Source of the DNA: Phoronis australis
Lineage: Eukaryota; Animalia; Phoronida
Length of the DNA stretch: 64,000 bases
Assembly: GCA_002633005.1 (NCBI GenBank)
Contig: NMRA01000057.1
Location: 1,148,595-1,212,594 of the forward strand
Reading direction: 5' to 3'
Under the pieces are notes generated by a model that saw nothing but the letters and a program-made list of their open reading frames with translations, was not told where the DNA came from and ran no database searches. This document shows, in pieces, positions 50,334 to 64,000 of the stretch. The translations under genes were made by a program, and so were the position numbers. Each line of letters starts with the position of its first letter. The stretch's first letter is position 1.

Positions 50334-51045
50334 AGGGAAAAATAAACGGACGGAAGTTAGTGAAATTGTTCGCTAAAAATCGAAAAACATCTGTGAAACG
50401 CAGGCCCCCGTCGACGTTCTATTTTCGTTGACATAACGAGTTGGGCTAGATTTTGAATGGTGAATACTAAGCCATAGTCCCAGCTTTCTTATTCGTGGCT
50501 AATTTTGGGAAAACGGGGACTTTGCATTAGGCTTATCTACATATCTCAAAAGTCAATTTCAAGAAAGTTCCCAAGAATACACTTACTGTACACGTTTAGT
50601 ACCAACCACCAGGTGTCAGTGCAATATTACTAGAACATACAATCAAATGCCAGGAAATATTGTGTCCGTACCTTTCCCATTCAAAAGTCATCTGCTTCAT
50701 GAAAGCATTCATATGAGGACAGGAATAGAGCGGCCAGCTAATGTTATCCTCCTGACTTAGTTAACTTGTTTACATCTACTCTCTACATCGGATAGTATTA
50801 ATTTTTGGTGAGCAATTACCAAGGGCCAAGCCTCATCAACCAGCAGACAACAGTTAGAAATTGAGGAAAGCCAAGTCAAGTGCAAAATGTCACCATTCTG
50901 ATTATCCTTGAAATAAAGCCGTATGTTAAATTTACACCTTTGCGCAGAGGTGGGTAAAATCTCATCACGTAAATCTGACGCAACATTAGTGTCATTAATA
51001 CTGCACTTCATTACCTATTTTTGAAAGTTTGACACCACTAGTGCG

Positions 51046-51307
51046 CAGTGGCGGATCTACGAGGGGGTTCAGGGGGTTTAAACCCCCCTTGGGCCAGGAC
51101 ACCATAAAAACAAAAACAAAAACGTCTCCAGCAAAACAAAAACGGCACCGCTAGCGTGTGTAAACCCCAAGTAAACCAACAAAAAATTGAGGGGGGTTCA
51201 CTCTGAAAATATAATTTTTTGCATTGTGAAGTGCTGAGTTTTCGTGGCTTCTCGACAAACAGCGCGGAGATCAATTGTGCGCGCGCTTCCGTCGACACTT
51301 TTGAGGA
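51046..51307 (+). mobile_element. Second copy of the 16855 element's left end, running into gap 51308-52215
   Basis: cagtggcggatctacg...aaacgtctcca...gcggagatcaattgtgcgcg is shared with 16855-17145. Confidence 0.85.
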
Positions 51308-53879
51308 NNNNNNNNNNNNNNNNNNNNNNNNNNNNNNNNNNNNNNNNNNNNNNNNNNNNNNNNNNNNNNNNNNNNNNNNNNNNNNNNNNNNNNNNNNNNN
51401 NNNNNNNNNNNNNNNNNNNNNNNNNNNNNNNNNNNNNNNNNNNNNNNNNNNNNNNNNNNNNNNNNNNNNNNNNNNNNNNNNNNNNNNNNNNNNNNNNNNN
51501 NNNNNNNNNNNNNNNNNNNNNNNNNNNNNNNNNNNNNNNNNNNNNNNNNNNNNNNNNNNNNNNNNNNNNNNNNNNNNNNNNNNNNNNNNNNNNNNNNNNN
51601 NNNNNNNNNNNNNNNNNNNNNNNNNNNNNNNNNNNNNNNNNNNNNNNNNNNNNNNNNNNNNNNNNNNNNNNNNNNNNNNNNNNNNNNNNNNNNNNNNNNN
51701 NNNNNNNNNNNNNNNNNNNNNNNNNNNNNNNNNNNNNNNNNNNNNNNNNNNNNNNNNNNNNNNNNNNNNNNNNNNNNNNNNNNNNNNNNNNNNNNNNNNN
51801 NNNNNNNNNNNNNNNNNNNNNNNNNNNNNNNNNNNNNNNNNNNNNNNNNNNNNNNNNNNNNNNNNNNNNNNNNNNNNNNNNNNNNNNNNNNNNNNNNNNN
51901 NNNNNNNNNNNNNNNNNNNNNNNNNNNNNNNNNNNNNNNNNNNNNNNNNNNNNNNNNNNNNNNNNNNNNNNNNNNNNNNNNNNNNNNNNNNNNNNNNNNN
52001 NNNNNNNNNNNNNNNNNNNNNNNNNNNNNNNNNNNNNNNNNNNNNNNNNNNNNNNNNNNNNNNNNNNNNNNNNNNNNNNNNNNNNNNNNNNNNNNNNNNN
52101 NNNNNNNNNNNNNNNNNNNNNNNNNNNNNNNNNNNNNNNNNNNNNNNNNNNNNNNNNNNNNNNNNNNNNNNNNNNNNNNNNNNNNNNNNNNNNNNNNNNN
52201 NNNNNNNNNNNNNNNCTCACACACACACACACTCACTCACTCACACGCCAGTGCACTGGTTTCTGTACCAACTTTTGACACAAGAAAGAGTGTGTTGTAT
52301 TAGGTTGCAGAATGGATTTTTGTGTAAACCTGTCTTCAACTAATTAAAATGAAACAGTCATGCAAATGCCATGGAGTCAACCCACAGTCCACACAGTCTG
52401 CATCCGAGGGCTGAAAGTTGCAAGTGTACTAAGGAGCCTCATAGGCTGTTAACAAAGATACTGGTCAATGTCGGCTTCGCGGCAGTCGCTAGTGGGTTAA
52501 TCAATGTTTGTTGTGGTGTGTTACGTAAGATACTTCACCTAACACTCGGGGGTTTTGTACATCAAAGCAGCATTACTAATGTTCGGAATGATCTATAACA
52601 CATTGATCAGTGACAGTTACATCCATCAATACTGAATTTTCATGCTGTCAATTCGACATTGGTTATTTGTGAGGTCAGGTTAAAATCCAAGCCCATGGGG
52701 ACCGTGACAAATCTCCATTATACAATTTGAATACCTCCAATGCTGTCCGGAAATCTATTATACGAGAACGTGAAAATATATTATGTTTGTTTTCACCCGA
52801 CCTTTGGTCCCTCAAGCTTGAGGGCTTGTTCTGCGTAGAGGAGATAAACATCGCTTCTGCAACCGTCCCTGAATGGACAACATCGGTTTTAAGCAGGTGA
52901 CTGCATTACATGTACCTAGCTAGATTTTCCTTTCCATTGCAGATCTGTTGTCGAAGCATGCTTCTACGTCGGAAACAAAGAACGAAGTCTTTGAAAATGA
53001 ACACCTGGTCTTAAAGAAATGTATGTAAGTTGTTAATTTACTAAGCGCTTAGCGGGAGGCAGGCATATACATGTAGGGGATCGGGGTTGTAAAATTCGGT
53101 ACAGCTGAATGAGGAGAAATAACACGTAATAGTTTCCGGGAGGAAAGAGCACGGTGAGGTAATTCTTAAGTATCAGTCCACGGACCACAGTCAGTACAGA
53201 CAAAAGTGGTAAGGAGGGGGGAGGGGTCAGCCATCCAGAACCACCTTTAGTCTAATAAATCACATTAGGGTATAGAGAAATTGGGTGAAGTATGATACCA
53301 CAGAGTTTGGTGGTTTTGGAGGTACTAGAGTAGTCTTCTGGGGGGGGGCAAAAAGGCAATTTCTTTATGCGGAATGAGTCATTTTTACTAAAATTTCTAC
53401 TGCAGTGTCTGCTTCAAACAGAATAAGTTTGATATCACGTGATAGGTTCTTAACCAATGTAAGTAAAAAATGGCACCGACGCTAAAATATCCGTTACCAT
53501 GGTAACACTGGACCTGTTTCAGTGGAGGTACAATCATGTCATGCTTGTGAAAAACCAGCAGTATGTTTTACCCTCATAGCGAAGCTGCCGGCACGAGGAA
53601 ACTGAAAATAATAACATGGTTAAGTAGAAAACGCCATACCCTTGCCGTAGCATAATACAATAATTAACAGAACTGGTCTGCTTAAACGTTTTTAATTATT
53701 TTTCGGTAAATAAAACTACAAGAATGGATCAACTGAAATTTGAAATTTTCGGATGTAATAACTTCCTTTCTCAACAAAAACAGAAATAAAGTAAAATCAA
53801 ACACAAAATGACAATTGACATATAAGATGTGATGTAATGAAAATGATACATTTTTGCGTAAAAAATTCAATGACATATT

Positions 53880-54397
53880 TTAAGAAGTTTTCATGTTCAA
53901 TCCATGAGGTTCTATTGCATTAAGTTTGTCTATCCAATATTGTTCTCTTTTGAGTCTGTGAGGGGTACTGGGGTGTTGGAGTTTTTCTATTATTTGTACA
54001 GAAAGATCTTGAATATTAGAATATTATGGTTTTTGGAATTGAAATGATTACCTATAGTATCAGAAATGTTTTTATGTATTATATTAAATCTATGATTACG
54101 AAACCGAGTTTGTAGATTATGTTGTGTTTGTCCTACGTATTGAATAGAACATTTTTTACAAGTTATAAGGTAAATAATATTGTTGGTGGTGCAATCAGAA
54201 TAATGTTTTATTTCAAAGTTTTCATTGGTTTGGGAAGACTGGAAAAAAGTGCTATCGTTGATGAAGTTACACATTTTACACCTAGTTTTGTTACATTGTG
54301 TGTTGCCAATAGGTTTGTCAGTTTGGTGTATATTGTCGATATTAGCTTTAACTAAATAATTTTTTTAGATTTTTACATTTTCTCCAAGAAATTATAG
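53880..54397 (-). mobile_element. Penelope-like element relic, GIY-YIG endonuclease
   Basis: CTTNNIIYLITCKKCSIQYVGQT...RFRNHR...IGNHFN, then RLKREQYWIDKLNAIEPHGLN after a frameshift. Confidence 0.92.
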
Positions 54398-57300
54398 GTG
54401 GATGAGGAAATATGCCGCGTAGAAAGATGCTTTTTGAAGACGTGGCTAATTCCGTTTAAATATGGATTGAACATAGTTATATTATTTTTAGGACACAAAC
54501 AGTTCCCACTAAAAATGAAATTATACTACAATTGTTCATCTAACTCACTGAATACCAAACTAAAGCATACAATGCGTTGGTTAAATTTATCTATTTATCT
54601 GGAACTTCCAGTTGCTTCATACATTATGTGGTACGCAGAGAGAAACAGGTTTGAAAACTCTTGGGAAATGCACAAAAAAATAGAGCGAGACATCTGAGAA
54701 CCTTAAAAGTGAGAGGAAGTGATGTGAAGGGGGTGGAACGTGTTCTCTTGAGAAGTAGTCTGTCTGCCTTAGGGGCAGGTACACGTATGCCGCAGGGGCT
54801 GGATAATTTACCACCGTAGATTCACTTGCCCGAATCATCGATACAACCCTCGACACATATCGGCGTCAAAGGAGACACTGAGTACATCCATTGCACACAG
54901 AAGGGGAAATTCGACGAAGGTCTGAAAACATTACCAAAGGCGCACCGCGATTGCTTATAACTTGGGCCTTATTTCTTCATCTTATTTCAGATGTCTTGAA
55001 GTATATGTAGTGTATACAGATTGTTACACAACTACTACGTAACTGCTGAGGGGAACAACTGATCAAAATAAATGTCATACCAAAAGTGTTAGCAATATCC
55101 TGTCTGTGACAAATTCTGTTTGGTTAAGTTCATCAGTTTTGTTAAGCACCTAGGACTGCAACATACACCCGAAATAACAGCACTGTTGTCCATGGCTGTC
55201 ATTCAGTTGTTGCCCTCGAATCTTTCTTTTCGGCTCTAATAACTATAACCGCCACTTAATGGTCATTATGACCCATTGACATAGAGAATATAGAGTCATT
55301 ATAACTTTTCATAATAACTCCCAAATGTGTTTAAAAATTTTACAGGACTTCTGCCCATGACCTACTTTTAGAGAAAAGAGAGTATGTTACTTCGGCAATT
55401 GAATTTCTGAGATTGAATATGAAATTAATAAAACATACAAAAGCCGTAAAAATACTGTGTATTAAATTTAATATGTTTATTTTTTCATTACTTTAATTTT
55501 AGGAATCGGGAAAGGCTGATGCTAAAGAAGTGGCTTCTGCGTAAGCTGAAGACGAGCCGATTATCAGTAAAGGTTGGGTATGGAAAAGTTCAAAACCAAC
55601 AAGAACGTGCCTTGAACCTTTGAATATTCCCATCTGGACAACTAAGTGAGAGGGCTAGAGAAAGGCCAAAAAGTCAACATCCAGAAAATGTGTCAAAGAG
55701 AACTTGTAACTTGAAGAACGAGTCGGGGAAAGAGTATTTGCCAAATATTACTGGCTTATACCCCAGGAGTTCCAAAGTAATTTGTTGAGATAGGCTACCC
55801 TCATCATATCTGGGAAACTGTGAGTGTAGGAGATATGACGGAGGATCGACAATGGGCGCTTTAAGATCGATGTAGCTTGATAAAAATTCAGAGGGAGGAT
55901 GCAGTACATTGCCGGACTGGACATGTAAATACTCTGCCTGATCTGCTAAATATAGTGGTAACCTTATCATGTCAGTACAGCTGAATAGGGAATAGGCACT
56001 CAGAGCTGTGCTGTTGCAAGCTTTATTTGCACCAGAACTGCTGTGCAAACAGCGCAAATTCAAATTTACCTGGATTGAATTTTTGGCCAGCCACTGATCA
56101 TGATCCTGGGTCTGTGGGTTAAGTTGCTACAGCCACATGGTAATGGTACGTAGTTATTTTTTTTGTTTAGCCACAGGATTTTTTGGTCTGACAGGAATTT
56201 TGATTGTGGTCATTAGCTTTAGAAGTTTGTTTCGTGATTTCTTACCGTTGTGCTGTTTCTTTTCCTTGAAATTGTGTAATTAAACTGAATTCATGTTTCC
56301 GCATTTTATTTACCATTATGGATTTTTTTGTTTGTACATGTGAATGACATTTGAGTCCCTGTTACACTTTGAGTGGTTCTGTTCACATACCTTTCTGTCT
56401 GAGTTGTAAGCCCACATTCCGTCCAGGAGGTAAAGTTTTGATTTAGACCATTTACCTCTATAAACTTGTGTCAATCTGTTCCTTACCCTGATGGGGATTT
56501 CTGGAATTGTAGTGAACTGACAGTTTGCTATTCCTTGAGACCATATTTTGTGCATAAAATCACACACTATTAGACAAGCCTTCCTATAGAGTCTGGCCTC
56601 TAGTAATTGTATATTGCCAATTCTTTTCAAATTGCTCAACGGTGGCTGGGAAGCAATACGCGACCTATGTCATGATGGTAAGTTGTCTAAATCAAAAGTG
56701 AGTGGAGACGCCACAACCGATCAACAAATCACTGCATGGCATCGCCAACAACAGACTGATCAGAAGCAGCCTTGCTCACTACGAAAATGAAATAATCTGA
56801 CTGTTTCTCACAGGTGTCACGGTTGGCCATAGTCCATTCGACACTAAGGAGCTTAGAAAATCACTTCCGGGGCTACTTATTGGGTTCAAGATAATTTTGG
56901 TGTTTTAAGGTCAATATATACTATTCTTTAAGAATCAAAAAAGTTCCAAGGTTTGACTTGACTTTCGAGACATTTTACCGCAAAGATCTGACTCTTTGCA
57001 TAATTTGGCACAGAAAACCAATCTTCAAAAACCAACAACATTAGACACAAACTGAATGATAATTTGATTAAATTTTGATTATTTCATGTTACTGGACAAG
57101 AAAAGTGATAAATATTATAACATTAGGTGGAAAACTGCTCAAAAAAGACAAATATAAAAAAAGTTTAGCAGCACCTCCTGTGGCCAGAAAACATATTACT
57201 ATATTCTAAACTACCAGAAGAACAATACTAGTGTTAATCGTTTGTTACTTGATAAAGATTTGATACCACAACCTACATACATGTATGAACAACATACAGT

Positions 57301-57551
57301 TCCAACGTTTCTGCACTGAATTCACTATCATCACTTTGATTAATTTTCACATCTAATTATCATTATCTATATTGCACTTCGTAATCAACCTGCACACGGA
57401 ACGATACACCCTTCAGTCCTTACATACACGAGCATGATAAAATTTAAATATTTTCATTTAGGCTACAAATTTAAAGCTTTTTTATCAACATAGCACACAC
57501 TTTTTTATGGTTGCTCGTCCACTGCATTGTTTATATTCATCATTATTGTCA

Positions 57552-58020
57552 TCAAATGTTGTTTCTTGAGACACCGTGTTCACAATCTCGGCAGTCACAC
57601 AACTTTGAACATGGCGTGCCCGACATTATGCAAGAGCACTTTTTTGTACTACAACCACTCTTTTTACACTTGAAATTAAGATTTTTCATGGCACTTTCTG
57701 GGGCTAATGGCAGAGTCATCCAGTGGAAATTTAGACTACCCTGCTCCACAAGTCACCCGTTACGATGAACTGGAGATGGTGCATTGACATGATGTTGCAA
57801 GGCTCGTTTGTGAATGGCACACTGGTAGTTTGCTCTTTTTTCATGTAGTAGCAATTAATTATGATTAGCACGAATAATCCAAGTTAATAAAAGTGGTAGC
57901 TTGCTTTGTTAACTGTTGATGGCTGGTGAGCCGTACAGCTTGCATACAAACGATTCAATGTCTTCCATGAGTTGACCAGGAAACGCAAAGTAATGTTAAG
58001 CCCAACTTTAATGACAAAGT
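57552..58020 (-). mobile_element. Academ-type DNA transposon relic, C-terminal region with Cys-rich finger
   Basis: IESFVCKLYG, LLHEKRANYQCAIH, HWMTLPLAPE, CKKSGCSTKKCSCIMSGTPCSKLCDCRDC. Confidence 0.75.
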
Positions 58021-58699
58021 TTAAAAATATCTCTGAATGACTGCACCCTACCCGGAATAAATTTTGTCAACCTGAATGAGCGACATTACTAGCATTGATT
58101 GCACCGCACAGTTGCCAATTTAAGACATGGAATTTTTTAATCATTCTTAACACCGTACATTGTAGTTCAGGCTTTGAAAATAGAGGAATGGCCACTTTGG
58201 CAATAGTTTAACTGTGAAATTGAAAAATGCCTTATTTACCGCAGAGCTGAAATTTCGTTTGACTCTTCCTGTTATAGTTAGCACGTAATTGGAAGAGTAA
58301 AAATTTTGCTACATTAAATATTCTCAAATTCAAGAATCTCCAAAATGTGAGACATTGAAATCTGAGGTACGTTTGAATTTTCAAGAATATAAATAACAGA
58401 ACACGGGCAATATTTTCCTTTTTTATATTTCTCAAATTCCAAACACAACTCATGTTTTTACATAAAAGGGTCACAGAATAGGCTTGGAAGTTTATAAAGA
58501 GCAGTGCCGATCACTCACATATAGGTAAAACTACAGCCTTTAATTTGGGATAGGGACGACCAATAATGTAAATTTATCAAGCAAACTAATTCTTTTTTGT
58601 CCGTCCTAAACTAATATTTTATTACCATAAATGATAATTTTTCGAATTAAGATTAGGTAGGCCTATTCACAAGCGAACATTTGGAAATGAGATTGGTTT

Positions 58700-59275
58700 T
58701 CAAGTTTTCTTTCGTTTGTGAATTTCTCTGTGATAGACTTCGGCGAATGATACATTGTGGCGACATATACATTTCTTTGAGCACTGTTAATTGAAATTGA
58801 AAAGTGACAATCTCCTTGATTTTCTAGTAAGTTCAGCGTCGTTTCTTTTATCAGCTTCGTCTTTTTTATTTTTAAGAGTACTGTTGTTTCGATTTCTTTT
58901 GCATCCGTTAGGTGTCTGTAATACTGCCTGTGAGGACCTTTTGTGCAATGGCTGTCGTGAAAGGTTTAAATTATGCCGATAAACCCTTCATTGCTGGCGT
59001 AACCGGAACTTTGTCACTGATAGTCTCCATTAACACTGCCGCAATATTTTCAGTACAATTTGCATAATCAGTCACTTATTCTGCGTGTTACTTGTAGAGA
59101 GAGGTCAGTTTCGTGTGAATAGTTAATTCTAGGCTTAACTTTTGATCGGTAGTGTTCCCTTAGAATTCCGAATGCTTCCATCTCGTCGTTTATTCCTTCT
59201 GCCATAAGGAGTGACATGCTCCTGTCATCGATATATTGTAGCAGTCCTGCAAATGCTTCGCTTTTTATCTGCAGC
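58700..59275 (-). mobile_element. Copia (GalEa-like) gag relic
   Basis: EAFAGLLQYIDDRSMSLLM...ILREHYRSKVKPRI, then after a frameshift VTDY...ETISD...MKGLS.*FKPF. Confidence 0.75.
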
Positions 59276-61298
59276 CACCGAATCCAATACCGGAGTTGCA
59301 GCCGAATCGATTTAACGATTGCGCATGCACGGAAATCAGGGTGCGCAAAGGCTATTAGGACTGATTAACGTATGTGGAATGACCGACTGGTTCGCACGAC
59401 GTGTGACTTGTGCGCATTTAACTACGCCGTTGTATGTAATTCTGCCGCTATTCGCCCTAATAAGCGCCCATGCCCTATTAGTGCCCCCCCCCGCGTTTTC
59501 AGACTTCGCTAAAGTAAGCGCCCACCCCAAGACCTACATGCGAAAAATGCCTTACCTACAATTCTAAAATTCAACAGTAACGTCTACAATTTTTGAATTG
59601 AAAGATCCAACAGCCCTGAGTTTGTAGACCACGAGCCTCACCGTTATGTCAGTATACACTTCAATCTTACGCTGCGATTCAAAAACAACGCAAAAGTTTT
59701 GCTGCTCTTGCTAGGAATCTGCCCCACTATTGTCTGGACCTTGAAAACATACGGACTCAGCGGAATTGTCAGTGGGATTGCATTGTATCTTTCCAGTACA
59801 GATCTCCGGCCTCAACAGGAATCCAGACTTCTTGGTACACGTAAAAACCGTGAATCGAAGACTAATAAAAAGACTCGACTAGTGTTAGCAAACGGCCAAG
59901 AAGCGAGCTGCATAATGCACCGACTGTCATCGAAGACATTTAGTGGGGAACTACACTATTCATGAAATGGGTAACATAGCGTCGGCAAGAAATACATATT
60001 GGCACTAATTTCCGAAAGTTTGTAATACCGTAAAAACTTTTGCATTATTTTTACCAGAAATTATTTAACTAATCATATTTGGTGTTTTTAAAGTCGAAAT
60101 GACCCACTGATAGTGAACACATTCGCACCCTTACACCCCGAATCTTCCGGAAAGCCATGTAGCTGTAACACTACGGTCACGCATCCACTCACCCGACATA
60201 TCGGTCTCACCGAAACAAATCTCGTATGTTTTTAGCAGATGAGGCCAGCAAGCCACTCTCTGTTTTACTGCTTGATTTAATTTCTTTCGTTACAATGAAC
60301 ACCATCATTAAATCGCATTTACTCTGGCAAATGAACTCTGATGACAAGCACACGTACGCTTACTTTCTCACACACACGCACAAAAATTCAAAACAAATGT
60401 CAATTGACAACAACATGTGTGTTCCTCCTGAGGTTTTTCTCGTGTTGCGGGCTACAATCTAGCGCAGATTTTGACTTCATCTGCAGTTAATCCAGGCTCC
60501 ACAAAAACTTAAAAATCTTGAAGACGCTATTTGGAAAACTTAAGGAGGATTTCAGGTAATTTTTTGAGTCGAAACTATATTCTTATTCTTATTCAAGAAT
60601 TCAAGTTGCCCTATTGACAATTGCGAGACAAAACCAACACCAAATTATCGATAAAAGTTTCAACAGAAATGCCATTTACTTTACCATACATATAAAATCA
60701 CGATAAAATCGGACAACTGTACGGGATGGTCTCCAGTTTCGTGCTTTCACTACTTGCCAATTTGTTCTAAGATGTTTTGAGAGATAGAGCACTTACTTTT
60801 GCAACATCAGTCGTCACATGACGTGTCCTCTAGGATCTTACCTACTATTGTGGCATTCTGTTGCCTATAAGTTTGATAATATCCATTGTTTTTGTCAAAG
60901 TGGATGCATTTAAGATATACCAGTATTTTTCATGAGAGCTGCAATATGTGAACGTTCTTATAGGCATTACATTTTTAGCACCGAGGTCGAAGATTTCTTC
61001 TTGGGTAATAACGCTACATTTTAACGGCATGGTAATTTTACAACTAAATACTTAGAATCTACTGAGAGTTAGTTCATTTACCAAATCTTTTCAAAGAGAA
61101 CAGTCAAATGAAAAGTACAGCATATATGTGTCTTTCTGTCTGTCATTCTTAGAAAATAAGCACATAATAAACTACAGGGATACGTACACTACGCAAATGC
61201 TAATATTTCACTCAAAAGGAAAGTATTTGTAATAAAAACTCTTTTGATTATCAAGTTTGGAGAGAGGAAAGTGTTTGTGTCCAGTATTGCTTACTTAC

Positions 61299-61335
61299 CA
61301 AGTAGTTTGTTTAATTTCATGGTATTGGTTGCCAT
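61299..61335 (-). CDS. Candidate start-codon exon MATNTMKLNKLL, phase-1 end
   Basis: Acceptor ccttttccag (exon starts at 61348), ATGG, donor G|gtaagt. No hydrophobic core inside the exon. Confidence 0.3.
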
Positions 61336-64000
61336 CAAACTACTTAAACTGGAAAAGGAGTACCTACACCACTTCACTGTTTCTACATCACATGGTAACA
61401 TTATAAAATATGCCCATTTAGCTTTATATGGTGAAAATAAGCGCCATGTTTTGATGTAAAATGGAATAAGTTCGTTTGAAGTCACCATTTGTGTTACTGA
61501 TTTTCTTTTGGGGTGCGTAGCTTTTTTGGCCCTTTTTCAACATAAAGTGTCAAAGAACCCTGTGAAGACGCACAAAGTACTGTTCCTAAACATTCATTGG
61601 CAACTTGTCGCCCTATAGATTATTCAGGTGTTTAGATCTGAACAAGGACAATGCCCCCTTCAGGATCCCCATAAAGTTTGCTGTGCACATTCATGTAAAT
61701 GTACAGTTGAATCATGTTGAGCGCTATTTGAATAGAAACGTTGGTTCATTTTAGCTCCAACTGTTTGGATTTCTGGTATCTCCCCTCACAATGCATTTTG
61801 ACGTGTACCTGTAGAGTCTTTTCTCCGCCTGTGTCACCTGATTAGAATCCTGTAAACTTGTGTGTGTTGTCTTGAGAATTGTTTAGAGACAACAAACCGA
61901 AACGTCTATTAGCGTGTCGTTATTTACATATGCGCTGATTATAACATTCGTATTCATAGTTTGGCTGAAAAACAAATCTGACCTGAATGCAATCCTCTCA
62001 TTCGGTGATTGGATTTGGACAAACGCACGGCAAAGAAACCGATGTGTCGTAGTTTCTCGCCAGGAGCCGAGGGGCTAGGCCTTAGGTGTTGCCTAATTAA
62101 TATCACAGGCGCTCGATTTTCCTGATGACTCATAACCATATTATAAGAAACATAAAGATTGGGCAATAAAACTTTGCCGAGTCGAGGCTTCCAACTTCAA
62201 CTGTCCCAAATCCAAATAATAGGTGTATAAATCTCCCTGAGACTGGTACTGCAAAAACTTCCAAAGCCTTTAATTTCCTTGATCCCATTAAATTATCCCT
62301 GTGAGTAGTGCATTGGCGACGGAATTTTCAAAACAATCTCAAAGCTCTGAATTCAAGGGCCTAAAATAGTTAACATGACGGATTCCAGTTATGTTTTAAC
62401 TTGTATACTCAGGTACCCAATGATTGTCGTACTCACCCAATTATTCCACTTCAAAGTTATGCTCTGAATAGGATTTGATTTAACTCTCACAAATACATAG
62501 TATTCGTTGATTCAAACGTTTTCTTTTACTTATGCCGAGTTGTTTCAACTGTACATTGCTTTTCGGCAACCATTTTATAATGACTCCTATGGTCGTCATA
62601 TGCTGCCACCTTTTGAAAGAACAGAAAACCACATAGAAAAAGGCCAAGAAAATTCTACTTCAACCACATACTATTTTACTGGTATGATATCGATTTTTAA
62701 ATCGTTTAAAATTGATTTAGAATTTCAGTTCTGGAAAATAAATCGTGATTGTTTTATTTCAGGTAGACCGTACTTATTTTCTATTTGTGACCTCTTTATT
62801 TTACTTTTTGCTCTTGTTGTTCTTAATACCACTTATCTATGCTGTCTTTCTCTTTCTTTTTAGTTTTTCTTCATTCTCTGTTAACATCTTGTCAGCAAAA
62901 ACAGAACTGTAACCCTTTGAGACTTGGTCGGCGGAAGTTCATCATTGAGCCTCGATGCAGTTGTTCTAATAATTTACCCAATATCATATTGTTCGGTTTT
63001 TTCTCACCTTCATCAGACTTCTGCAATCATAAATAAATAAATAAGTACCCAAGTTTCATATGCGGTTTATTGCTCAATCTCTTCTTTTATTTTTAATTAT
63101 GTCATGCTGTGTTGTATGTAACAATGCAATATAGTGAAATAAAGTCAATGTTTTACTTTATTGGTGACCACTCTCCATCAATTCAAGTATTTTAATTTTC
63201 TTCAAATAAATCTAAAATGCCTGAGACAAAAATTACAACAAAAATGTTGAGCTCAGTACTTTGTTTTGTAATAAAAACAAGTGGACAATATTTTGATGAC
63301 GAATGCGTGAGCCGAAACTGTTAAGCACCCAGCGTGTTGCATTTGCCTGCTGCGTTTTTCCTTTGGCCTAACAGGTGTCGGTTGGTGCCTGGGACACATA
63401 GATACATTGCATAAACAATATCTGGGTTGGTTTTTATTCCGCCTGAAGAAAATTTAATTTCGAAATTATCTTCTGAAAATGAACAAAATAGTGTTTTAGT
63501 TTTTTAGTGGTCTCAAAAAAGCAGTCAGTAAATGCACCGATTTTCGTCTCAGTTCTTCCATGCGTGTGTCTCCCGAGAGGTTAGTACCTAACGTGCAGAC
63601 GAGCACTCTAGATTGGAACGCTAACTCCCGCGTGGCTGCGCTGCACACGAAAGAAGATTGCGGACGACCATTGGAGCCTGACAACGACAGGTATCCCGAC
63701 TATATGCCTGTCGACGATAAAATTTCGAGTTTGAGCAAGCAACCCCTATGTAAATGTCAAGAAATTTATCCCCAATTTAAGCGATGGAGGTTGCTACAAT
63801 CCTTCTAGTTGTGTGTAACCTAATTCTTCTAATAGCTCATTTTAACACTTAATCTACTGTAGAATTTAAGTGCAAGAACCGGTGTATCGTGTGTTTGATC
63901 TTGACATTACGTGCTACTCTTTGTTGAAAACAATGGAAACTCGGTTTTTGGCAGAGATTTCGATGCCTGACTGCACGTTTAGTCGCGGTAGGCCAGCGTT

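Noticed and set aside
51198-52343. Long ORFs in the ORF track (also at 12.1-12.6 kb and 28.9-29.3 kb)
   Set aside because: Artefacts of translating through N-runs.
56830-59880. Full Academ boundaries (tagtc...gacta)
   Set aside because: The match is short and no TSD was found, so only the coding relic is reported.
63560-63808. 82-aa ORF with DYMPVDDKI, faintly like a DNA-transposon protein fragment
   Set aside because: Too short and degenerate to assign.

Overview
AT-rich invertebrate animal genomic DNA from a draft scaffold with three N-gaps; it has spliceosomal introns, and the taxon cannot be fixed from sequence alone. Most ORF-track entries are spurious. The main result is a minus-strand immunoglobulin-superfamily (IgSF) gene assembled by hand from splice signals. 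It comprises two intact 321-nt Ig exons in a 2.8-kb tandem duplication, an array of 36-nt phase-1 microexons encoding a 12-aa Thr/Pro/Gly stalk repeat, and two to three copies of a terminal exon encoding a GPI-anchor-like signal. Several decayed Ig-like exon relics on both strands surround it, which suggests a birth-and-death cluster. A separate three-exon TATA/Inr gene near 3.7-5.6 kb encodes a 62-aa secreted peptide. Transposon content includes a degenerate LINE, CAG-ended elements with 5-bp target-site duplications (TSDs), a Harbinger MADF element, Penelope, Academ and Copia relics, a possible solo LTR and a possible SINE. All assignments come from manual reading; no database search was run.
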